Shown here piece by piece: positions 19,787 to 27,739 of a stretch of 64,000 nucleotides of DNA; position 1 is the first letter of the stretch; each line of letters begins with the position of its first letter. The DNA comes from Sphingobium sp. (GTDB lineage: Bacteria > Pseudomonadota > Alphaproteobacteria > Sphingomonadales > Sphingomonadaceae). The stretch is from assembly GCA_036404995.1 (NCBI GenBank), contig DASWYL010000011.1, forward strand, positions 995 through 64,994, read 5' to 3'. The notes beneath the pieces were generated by a model. The model saw nothing but the letters and a program-made list of their open reading frames with translations. It was not told the DNA's origin and did no database searches. A program made the translations under genes and the position numbers.

Positions 19787-21410
19787 AGAGGACATCCTTG
19801 AACGGCTTCATGCCGATGCGACGGTAGGTGTCGAGGAAGCGTTCACCCCCCTCGCGATTGTCGAGATAGACCTGCGTCGCTTTCTCGACCGCGTCGACAA
19901 TGCCGTTCTCGTCGAAGCCGGGGCCGGTAATCTGGCCGAGCGAGACATCTTCTGCGCCCGATCCGCCGAGCAGGAGCTGGTAATTCTCAACGCCTTTCCG
20001 GTCGACGCCCAGGATGCCGATATGGCCGGCATGATGGTGCCCGCAGGCATTGATGCAGCCCGAGATCTTCAGCTTGAGTTCGCCCAAATCCTGCTGGCGG
20101 CCAGTGTCGGCGAAGCGTTCGGCGATCTTCTGCGCGACGGGGATCGAGCGCGCATTGGCCAGGCTGCAATAATCGAGACCGGGGCACGCGATGATATCGG
20201 TGATCAGGTCGAGATTGGCTGTGGCGAGGCCGGCGCCGGCCAGTGCCTTCCACACGGCAGGCAGGTCTGCCTTCTTCACATGGGCGAGCACGATGTTCTG
20301 TGCATGGGTCACGCGCAGCTCATCGAAGCTGTAGCGTTCGGCGAGGTCAGCGATCAGGTCCATCTGCGCGGACGAGGCATCGCCCGCAATGCCGCCGATC
20401 GGCTTCAGGCTGATGTTCACGATCGCATAACCCGGCTGCTTGTGGGGCGCGACCTGCTGGTCGACCCACTGGGCGAAGGCCGGATCACGACGGTCGATCT
20501 CGTCGCTCAGGCCCTGCTTGTAGGGCGGCGGCGCGAAATAGGTTGCGATGCGTTCCAACTCCGCGATCGGCGGGTCGATGCCGAGCGTCTTGAGGTGTAG
20601 GAACTCTTCCTCCACCTGGCGGCGATATTCATCGACGCCCATTTCGTGGACGAGGATCTTGATGCGCGCCTTGTACTTGTTGTCGCGCCGCCCGTAGCGA
20701 TTGTATACGCGAAGGCAGGCTTCGAGATAGGAGACAACCTCCTCGAACGGCACGAAGTCGCGAACTTCCGGCGCAATCATCGGGGTGCGGCCCATGCCGC
20801 CGCCCACGAAGACCCTGGCGCCGATGACGCCGTCCTTGTTCACCAGCTCAATGCCGATGTCGTGGAGGCGCATCGCCGCGCGATCCTCGGCGCTCGCGAT
20901 CACCGCGATCTTGAACTTGCGCGGCAGCGCGACGAACTCGGGGTGGAAGCTCGACCACTGCCGCAGCAGTTCGGCGAGCGGGCGCGGATCGGCCACTTCG
21001 TCAGCTGCGACGCCGGCATATTGGTCGGAGCTGATATTGCGGATGCAATTGCCGCTGGTCTGGATGGCGTGCATCTCGACGCTGGCGAGATCGGCCAGGA
21101 TGTCCGGGGCATCGGAGAGCTTGATCCAGTTATACTGGATGTTCTGGCGCGTCGTGAAATGGCCGTAGTCGCGGTCATATTTGCGCGCGATATGGGCGAG
21201 CATGCGCAGCTGCCGCGCCGACAGCGTGCCATAGGGCACCGCCACGCGCAGCATGTAGGCATGCAGCTGCAGGTAGAGGCCATTCATCAGCCGCAGCGGA
21301 CGGAACTGCGCTTCGGTCAGCTGGCCGTTGAGGCGGCGCTCGGTCTGGTCGCGAAACTCCGCAACGCGGGCATCGACCATGGCTTGGTCATATTTGTCAT
21401 ACTGGTACAT
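19779..21410 (-). CDS. cysI: Sulfite reductase hemoprotein (nitrite/sulfite reductase)
   Basis: FTTRQN, TSGNCIRN, LPRKFKI, ACPGLDYC and SGCINAC siroheme/4Fe-4S cysteines. Confidence 0.93.
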   Translation of the reverse strand: MYQYDKYDQAMVDARVAEFRDQTERRLNGQLTEAQFRPLRLMNGLYLQLHAYMLRVAVPYGTLSARQLRMLAHIARKYDRDYGHFTTRQNIQYNWIKLSDAPDILADLASVEMHAIQTSGNCIRNISSDQYAGVAADEVADPRPLAELLRQWSSFHPEFVALPRKFKIAVIASAEDRAAMRLHDIGIELVNKDGVIGARVFVGGGMGRTPMIAPEVRDFVPFEEVVSYLEACLRVYNRYGRRDNKYKARIKILVHEMGVDEYRRQVEEEFLHLKTLGIDPPIAELERIATYFAPPPYKQGLSDEIDRRDPAFAQWVDQQVAPHKQPGYAIVNISLKPIGGIAGDASSAQMDLIADLAERYSFDELRVTHAQNIVLAHVKKADLPAVWKALAGAGLATANLDLITDIIACPGLDYCSLANARSIPVAQKIAERFADTGRQQDLGELKLKISGCINACGHHHAGHIGILGVDRKGVENYQLLLGGSGAEDVSLGQITGPGFDENGIVDAVEKATQVYLDNREGGERFLDTYRRIGMKPFKDVLYA

Positions 21411-21411
21411 T

Positions 21412-21708
21412 TCAGATCACCCAATTGCCGGCGGCAGGATCGGCAGGCTTCAAGCTGAGGTCGAGGCGTACGGTCGGACCGAGCGCGCGGATGCGGTCCT
21501 TGATGTGAGCCGGCCGCACAGTGCCGTCCACAACCTCGGCTTCGATCATATAGACCTCATTGGCCCGGCGCGCGGCGACCTCCGTCTGGGCGATTTCGTC
21601 GCCCTTGTCCCCCACATCGATGGCCTCGCCGACATGGCGCGACCAGCCGTTGCCGGTCCACCAGATGACGTCGCCGGAAGCAAGATCGTTGCCGGTCAGG
21701 ATATTCAT
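21412..21708 (-). CDS. DUF2849 family protein
   Basis: ILTGNDL.SGDVIWW, RP.HIKDRIRALGPTV. Located in the cys operon. Confidence 0.9.
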   Translation of the reverse strand: MNILTGNDLASGDVIWWTGNGWSRHVGEAIDVGDKGDEIAQTEVAARRANEVYMIEAEVVDGTVRPAHIKDRIRALGPTVRLDLSLKPADPAAGNWVI

Positions 21709-22496
21709 GCGCTCGGGGCTCCAAGGGATAGTCTGTATGTGAAGGGCAGCGCGTCGACGGCTTCGGCTTCCCGCACGACGTCGCCAACGACGATGAGCGC
21801 CGGACTCGCGATGTGCTCGCGCGCCACGAGGTCGCCGAGGTCGGCAAGCAGGCTCCGTACAACGCGCTGGTCGGAGCGCGTCGCCTTCTCGATGATCGCC
21901 ACGGGTGTCGAAGGCTCCAGCCCGTCGGCGATCAGCTTCTCGGCAATGTCATGTGCCGTTGCGAGGCCCATGTAGATGACCAGGGTGCGGCCCGCGCCGG
22001 CAAGGCCGGCCCAGTCCTGTTCGGAGAGGCCCTTGCACTGGCCGGCGACGAAGCTGACGATGCTGGCATGGTCGCGATGGGTGAGGGGAAGCAGGGCGGC
22101 AGCGCCGCCGCCGATCGCTGCGGTGATGCCAGGGACGACCTCCACGATCACGCCGGCCGCGCGGCAGGCTTCGACTTCCTCGCCGCCGCGGCCGAAGATA
22201 AACGGGTCGCCGCCCTTCAGGCGCACCACGTCGCGCCCGGCCAGCGCCTCGCGCACCAGCAGCGCATTGATGTCGTCCTGCTTCATCGAGTGGCGCGAGC
22301 GCTGCTTGGCGACGGAAACCAGCTCGGCGTCGGGCCGTGTCAGCGCGAGAATGGCGGAATCGACGAGGCCGTCGTGCACGACCAGCCCCGCGCGTTCAAT
22401 CAGCCGCGCGGCGCGTAGCGTCAGCAGATCAGGGTCGCCCGGACCCGCACCGACGAGATAGACCGTTCCGGCCGAAGAGGACTCAGCATGCGCCAT
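21705..22496 (-). CDS. cobA: Uroporphyrinogen-III C-methyltransferase
   Basis: VYLVGAGPGDPDLLT, VVRLKGGDPFIFGRGGEE, VPGITAA. Confidence 0.96.
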   Translation of the reverse strand: MAHAESSSAGTVYLVGAGPGDPDLLTLRAARLIERAGLVVHDGLVDSAILALTRPDAELVSVAKQRSRHSMKQDDINALLVREALAGRDVVRLKGGDPFIFGRGGEEVEACRAAGVIVEVVPGITAAIGGGAAALLPLTHRDHASIVSFVAGQCKGLSEQDWAGLAGAGRTLVIYMGLATAHDIAEKLIADGLEPSTPVAIIEKATRSDQRVVRSLLADLGDLVAREHIASPALIVVGDVVREAEAVDALPFTYRLSLGAPSA

Positions 22497-22699
22497 GACG
22501 CGCTAGATGCTCATGCGCCCCCTGAACCGCAAATCAGGCTTACTTTAGCCACGCTAAGCCAAACTTGGGTGAGCCCCCGGTTCCCGTGGTAAACTGCCGT
22601 TCAACCTTAAAATACCACAGCCCGGCCTAGGGCGCGTTGACCTCACCGGGTGGGCCGGAGAGAAGCCGCTTCACCCCCTCACTCCCCTCGGAGACATTG

Positions 22700-23665
22700 A
22701 TGCGTTTTGCCGCTTTTGCCGGAAGCCTTCCTGTTGCCTTTTTTCTGTCCGCATGCGGCGGCAGCGGCACCACGGGGAGCATCAGTTCCACGCCAACGCC
22801 CATCGCTACACCCACGCCAACCCCGGTTGCAACCTCGTCTGGCGGCCCGACGGGCGGCAACGCCACCCTCACCAACCTGCAGGTTTCCGAAAGCTTCGGC
22901 GGCGTCGGCGCCGTCAACCGCTTCACCGCCGCCGCGAGCACCGGCGCGACGAGCAATCGCCAGCCCATGTCGACCGGCCCGGTCCAGATTCGCTACGATG
23001 CCGCGAGTGGATCCTATACCATAGCGACGGGCACGCTGCCGGATGTAACCTTCGCTACTTCGGATCGCAGCAGTTCAGGTTCGACCGCCGTCATTTCCGC
23101 CTATGGCAAGAGCAGCGGCTCGAAGACGGACAATCTCGCCCTCTTCAATCCCGGTCCGGGCAACACGCAGCTTGCGCTCACTTATGCCTCCTATGGCGGC
23201 TGGCAGTCGACCAGCGCGGCTGGCGCATCCTCGGAAGTTGCCACCACCTTCTTCGTCTATGGCATCAAGACCGCGCCGGGCGACCTCCCGACCGCGGGAA
23301 CCGCATCCTACAAGACCACTCTCGACGGTCTTTTTGCAGGCAATAGCGGCCTCTACACCCTGAGCGGCAGCAGCGCGATACTGGCGGACTTCGCGGCCGG
23401 CACGATCGATTTCAGCATGAGCCCCAGGGGCCGCAACATCGTCGATGGCTCGGTCAAGGATTTCGGTGACCTGCTCGGCTCCGGTACGATCGGTTCCGGC
23501 ACGTCAGCCTTTGCCGGCACTTCGGACGCTGCATCGGTGAACGGCTATTCGGCAACGATGTCCGGCCAGTTCTTCGGTCCGCAGGCCGCCGAGGTGGGGG
23601 TAGCCTTCCAGCTGACCGGCGCGGACGGGCAGGGCAGCGGTGTCATTGTCGGCAAGAAGAATTGA
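22700..23665 (+). CDS. Single-lobe TbpB-like surface lipoprotein
   Basis: Lipobox LSAC, PT-repeat linker, LTYASYGGW, C-terminal GQFFGPQAAEVG barrel motif. Confidence 0.8.
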   Translation: MRFAAFAGSLPVAFFLSACGGSGTTGSISSTPTPIATPTPTPVATSSGGPTGGNATLTNLQVSESFGGVGAVNRFTAAASTGATSNRQPMSTGPVQIRYDAASGSYTIATGTLPDVTFATSDRSSSGSTAVISAYGKSSGSKTDNLALFNPGPGNTQLALTYASYGGWQSTSAAGASSEVATTFFVYGIKTAPGDLPTAGTASYKTTLDGLFAGNSGLYTLSGSSAILADFAAGTIDFSMSPRGRNIVDGSVKDFGDLLGSGTIGSGTSAFAGTSDAASVNGYSATMSGQFFGPQAAEVGVAFQLTGADGQGSGVIVGKKN

Positions 23666-23684
23666 GGTTGTAGGGATCGAGGCG

Positions 23685-23996
23685 TCAGGTTTCCGACGCC
23701 TCGATGATTTCGCGCAGGTAGCGCATATGCTCGCGAAAGGCCGCTAGTCCTGCTTTGCTGATCGCGACGCGGGTTCGCGGCTTCTTGCCGACAAAATCCT
23801 TGTCGATGCCTAGATAGCCCGCATTTTCGAGCGTCGAAAGATGGGTCGAGAGGTTGCCGTCCGTTGCGCCGGTCAGCGCTTTCAACCGGTTGAACTCGAG
23901 CGGGCCATCCTCTCGCGCCGCGCTGAGCGCCGCCATGATCTTGAGGCGGAGTGCCTGGTGGATGAGGTCGTTGGGCTGCGCGGAGTTTTCCGTCAT
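23685..23996 (-). CDS. Winged-HTH transcriptional regulator (HTH_34, MarR/ArsR-like)
   Basis: IHQALRLKIM..L, TDGNLSTHL..LE.AGY...K.F.GKKPRT. True start is ATG 23996, coupled to the upstream stop. Confidence 0.9.
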   Translation of the reverse strand: MTENSAQPNDLIHQALRLKIMAALSAAREDGPLEFNRLKALTGATDGNLSTHLSTLENAGYLGIDKDFVGKKPRTRVAISKAGLAAFREHMRYLREIIEASET

Positions 23997-24568
23997 CAGG
24001 GCTTCCGCATCCACAGCGCACCTGCCAGCAGCCCGCCGCCGCCCGCAGCCGCGACCCAGAAGGCGATTGCCTGCGGCATCAGGATAAGGCCGAGCGCAGT
24101 CACCGCGAAAATGCCGGTGCCGATCCAGAGATATCGCGACGCCCCCATCGCGCCGACCAGCACATAGATATAGGCGAGAAATATAGCAGGAAAGGCGAGG
24201 GCGGGGACGATATCTTTCGGCTGGAAGAGCAGCAGCGTCGAGACGATAAAGGTCCCGGACGCCCCGATCATCCAGAGCATACGCGAGGCCGGCGCCACCC
24301 TGGCGGCGGGATCGCCAGGGACCGCACGCGTCGCCCGGACGCTCAGCGCAAAGCTGCCGAGCGCACCGGCAAGTGCGAGCGGCAACCAGAAATAGGGCCA
24401 TGTCTCCGGCGGTGTCAGTCCGGTCGCGACATAGCCCGCTGCCCAGATCACGCCGCTGAGGGCAAGATGTGGGCTCGCAAGGCCGTAGCCTTTCGCGAGC
24501 AGCGTCCGCCGCTGCACGTCACGCACATCGCGCAGGGCCTCGGCCGCATTGCGTTCGCTGATCGCCAT
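23996..24568 (-). CDS. Hypothetical membrane protein (~6 TM)
   Basis: ATG after AAGGAG. N-terminal A.EAL.DV..V.RR helix followed by hydrophobic segments. Confidence 0.82.
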   Translation of the reverse strand: MAISERNAAEALRDVRDVQRRTLLAKGYGLASPHLALSGVIWAAGYVATGLTPPETWPYFWLPLALAGALGSFALSVRATRAVPGDPAARVAPASRMLWMIGASGTFIVSTLLLFQPKDIVPALAFPAIFLAYIYVLVGAMGASRYLWIGTGIFAVTALGLILMPQAIAFWVAAAGGGGLLAGALWMRKP

Positions 24569-24592
24569 GGATTCGTCTCCTTAGATGAGAGC

Positions 24593-24628
24593 ACTATAGA
24601 TTGAACAAAGAACTTTGTCAAACAAAGT
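24593..24628 (-). promoter_or_regulatory. Sigma70 promoter overlapped by a palindromic operator
   Basis: Minus strand TTGACA (24621-24616)-N17-TATAGT (24598-24593). Perfect inverted repeat ACTTTG-N5-CAAAGT at 24612-24628 covers the -35. Confidence 0.8.
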
Positions 24629-24636
24629 ATATGCTC

Positions 24637-24720
24637 CCCATCCTTCCCGCGGAAGCGGGAATGCGGGCCGAGTTAGCGCCAGCCGGGCCTCTGGATTCCC
24701 GCCTTCGCGTGAATGACGGG
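24637..24720. repeat. REP doublet (REPIN-like), degenerate
   Basis: catccttcccgcggaagcgggaatgc and ggattcccgccttcgcgtgaatgacg arms, same family as 2517-2617. Confidence 0.7.
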
Positions 24721-24807
24721 GCAGGAGAATTCGCCCGCCGCTGCCTCACTTTTCTTCCCGATGTAAGAAACGCCCACCCACCCGCTACTAAGGGCGCAAA
24801 GGTTGGG

Positions 24808-25320
24808 ATGATGCTGGACATCGAACGCACCGCGATATTCGAAAGCTGGATGGAGGCGCACAAGGCGATCCTGTTCAAGGTCGCGCGTGCTTATGGCGCC
24901 AGCCATGCAGACCGCGAGGATCTGTTCCAGGAGATCGCGCTGCAGGTCTGGCACAGCGTCGACGCATTCCGCCGCGATGCCGCCGTCTCAACCTGGATTT
25001 ACCGGATTGCGCTGAACACGGCGATGGCCTGGCGCCGCAAGGAGCGCAAGCATGGCACCGGACGGCAGGAGATCGAGGCGGTAACCGGCCTGCTCATCGC
25101 CCAGCCGGGCCGCGATCCGCGCCTCGACTGGATCTATGAGCGGATCGCCGAGCTCGATGAAGTGAACCGATCCCTCGCGCTGCTGATGCTGGACGGCTTC
25201 AGTTACCGCGACATGTCGCAAATTCTCGGCCTCAGCGAAAGCAACGTCGGGGTGAAGATCAACCGCATCAAGGCGACGTTGGCTGACCAGCTCGCCAAGG
25301 AAGAGCATGATGGACTTTGA
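24808..25320 (+). CDS. ECF RNA polymerase sigma factor
   Basis: DREDLFQEI..QVW.S, STWIYRIALNTA, DGFSY.DM..ILGLSESNVGVKINRIK. Confidence 0.93.
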   Translation: MMLDIERTAIFESWMEAHKAILFKVARAYGASHADREDLFQEIALQVWHSVDAFRRDAAVSTWIYRIALNTAMAWRRKERKHGTGRQEIEAVTGLLIAQPGRDPRLDWIYERIAELDEVNRSLALLMLDGFSYRDMSQILGLSESNVGVKINRIKATLADQLAKEEHDGL

Positions 25321-25942
25321 TCAGATGCTGGAATCCTGGCGCACACAGGACGACAAGCCGCTCTACGGCGTCAACGGCGACCTGCTGCGGCTGGTGCTGC
25401 AGAACGAGCAGGCGAAGATCCGGCGTACGATGCGGATGGGCCAATGGATCACCTATATGGTCGGCCCCGGCATGGCGCTGTTCGCGGCGTTCTGGCTCTG
25501 GGTGGCCATTCTCAGGCATGTCCCTGCGCTTCAGATCGCCGCAGCTGCGGTCAGCACCGGCACGTTCGTGCTCTGGGTCGGCGCCTTCTGGACGAGCCGA
25601 CGGCGCCAGGCAAAGCGCGAGCGTGTGTTCGGCAACAGTCTGAAGGACGAGATCGGCCGCAACCTCTCCTTGGTCGAGTATCAGATCCGCAACGGCCGCC
25701 CGATCGCTGTCCTGTATTGGACCGCACCGGTCATGATCGGCGCGACCCTGGTCTACTGGCTGGTCTTCCAGATCAACACGAGCAGCGGCTTCTCATGGTG
25801 GAACCACGTCTTCGTCGGATTCGCCATTATCTGGTCGATGCTATGGACCGCCTATGCCGGAGACCGTGCCGTGAAACAGACACTCGAACCGCGCCGCGAG
25901 CGGTTGCGCGAGCTGCTCGAAACCCTCGACGCAAGCGAATGA
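25307..25942 (+). CDS. 4-TM membrane protein, putative anti-sigma factor
   Basis: Overlaps the sigma factor stop. N-terminal D.M..SW..Q motif and four hydrophobic helices. Confidence 0.75.
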   Translation: MMDFDQMLESWRTQDDKPLYGVNGDLLRLVLQNEQAKIRRTMRMGQWITYMVGPGMALFAAFWLWVAILRHVPALQIAAAAVSTGTFVLWVGAFWTSRRRQAKRERVFGNSLKDEIGRNLSLVEYQIRNGRPIAVLYWTAPVMIGATLVYWLVFQINTSSGFSWWNHVFVGFAIIWSMLWTAYAGDRAVKQTLEPRRERLRELLETLDASE

Positions 25943-25950
25943 TGGAGACC

Positions 25951-27690
25951 ATGATGACCTCTCTCAAGCATATCGCATTCGCCCTGGGCGCCCTGCTGGT
26001 CGCCCTGATCACCGGCCCGGCCGTGGCGCAGGGCGCGCCCGATATCGTTGGCGAGTGGCACGGGTATGCCGCAGTGGCGACGGGCGACCAGATGATGGCG
26101 CTCACCGTCACGCGCGTTGCGGATGGCACGCTCAAGGGCGAGTTCGAGGCGCGCGACACAGCGCCCGGTCGCAGGGCGCCCGTAACCGAAATCGTCGCCA
26201 CGAATGGCCGCCTGACCTTCAAGCTCGCGGCCCTTGCCGCCACCTATGAAGCGACGTGGGACGACGCTGCGAAATTGTGGCGCGGCAAGATCAGCCGGGG
26301 CAACACCCCCATCAACTTCTCGCGCGGCCTGCCGCCCGTCAAGCCGCGGATCGGGGGGCTGGACGGCCGCTGGGAAGCGACCGTGGACGCCAACGGCACC
26401 AAGCTGCGGCAGATCCTGCGAATTTCCAGCGGCGACTGGGGTACGAACGCGCTGATGGATTCGCCCGACCAATATGTGTCGAACATCGTCATCGCGAACC
26501 TGGCGCGGGAAGGCCGGCTGGTGCGCTTCTCCATCGCGCGGGGCGCCGGGCAATTCGAAGGCATACTCTCCGAAGATGGCGATGGGCTGACGGGGATTTT
26601 GAAGGCGGCGGGCCAGCAATCGCCGCTCAGCTTCACTCGCACCCAGGCCGTCGCCGAGCAGGCACCCCCCAAGCGTCCGCAGGAGCCGAAGGAGCCACTG
26701 CCCTACCGCCAGGAGGAGGTCGCCTTCGACAATCCGGCCGCGCCCGGCGTGCACCTGTTCGGTACGTTGACCCTGCCACGGGGCAAGGGGCCATTCCCAG
26801 TTGCGATCACGATCGCCGGCACCGGCCAGCATGACCGCGACGAGACGCTCGACGGGCACAAGCCCTTCCTGGTAATCGCCGACCATCTCACCCGCAACGG
26901 CATTGCGGTGCTGCGCTTCGACGAGCGGGGCGCGGGCAAGTCGACGGGCCAGGCTTATGACGCGACCTCCGGCGACAAGGCGAGCGACGCCAATGCCGCC
27001 TTCGGCTATCTCCTCACCCGAGCTGATATCCGCAGGGATGCCATCGGCTTCATCGGCCATAGCGAGGGCGGCCTGATCGGCCCGATTGCCATGGCGAGTA
27101 ACGACAAGGTGGCCTTCCTGGTCAGCCTCGCCGGGCCGGCGGTCGACATCATCGATCTGGTGAAGTCCCAGCGCCGCATCATGGCGGGTGGGGAGGGGGC
27201 GAGCCAGGAGCAACTCCTGCGCACCGAACCCCAGACCATTGCGATCTGGAAGACCCTGGCGGACGCGCCGACGCCCGAAGCCGGCCGTGCGGCACTGCTG
27301 GCGCTGATGACGCCACAGTTCAAGGCCGCCATGGGCCTGCCACCCGAGATCGACAGTGCGCTGGCCCTGCGCGAGTTTATGCGGGCCCGTGTCTGGTATC
27401 TGGCGCGCTACGACCCGGTGCCGAACCTCGCTCGCATCAAGGTGCCGGTGCTGGCGCTGGGCGGCAGTCTCGACCATCAGACCGAATCCGGGCCTAATCT
27501 CGATGCCTGGCGCAAGCGACTGACGAATAGCAAGGACGTGACGGTCAAGGAGTTGCCGGGCCTCAATCACATGTTCCAGCATGCCAAGACCGGCGGGCGC
27601 GGCGAATATCGCGACATCGAGGAAACGTTCGATCCCGCGACGCTCAAACTGATCAGCGACTGGATCGGGAAGCGCTTCCTGAAGCCCTAG
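25951..27690 (+). CDS. Secreted alpha/beta-hydrolase with two N-terminal beta-repeat domains
   Basis: Signal peptide, GTLTLP, G.GQHDRDE, LRFDERG.G.S, GHSEG nucleophile, D (SLDHQ) and H (LNHMFQ). Confidence 0.9.
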   Translation: MMTSLKHIAFALGALLVALITGPAVAQGAPDIVGEWHGYAAVATGDQMMALTVTRVADGTLKGEFEARDTAPGRRAPVTEIVATNGRLTFKLAALAATYEATWDDAAKLWRGKISRGNTPINFSRGLPPVKPRIGGLDGRWEATVDANGTKLRQILRISSGDWGTNALMDSPDQYVSNIVIANLAREGRLVRFSIARGAGQFEGILSEDGDGLTGILKAAGQQSPLSFTRTQAVAEQAPPKRPQEPKEPLPYRQEEVAFDNPAAPGVHLFGTLTLPRGKGPFPVAITIAGTGQHDRDETLDGHKPFLVIADHLTRNGIAVLRFDERGAGKSTGQAYDATSGDKASDANAAFGYLLTRADIRRDAIGFIGHSEGGLIGPIAMASNDKVAFLVSLAGPAVDIIDLVKSQRRIMAGGEGASQEQLLRTEPQTIAIWKTLADAPTPEAGRAALLALMTPQFKAAMGLPPEIDSALALREFMRARVWYLARYDPVPNLARIKVPVLALGGSLDHQTESGPNLDAWRKRLTNSKDVTVKELPGLNHMFQHAKTGGRGEYRDIEETFDPATLKLISDWIGKRFLKP

Positions 27691-27739
27691 CTTGCCGAAC
27701 GTCTCGACAGGTCCCGCACAGCGGAATAACCAAGTGCGC

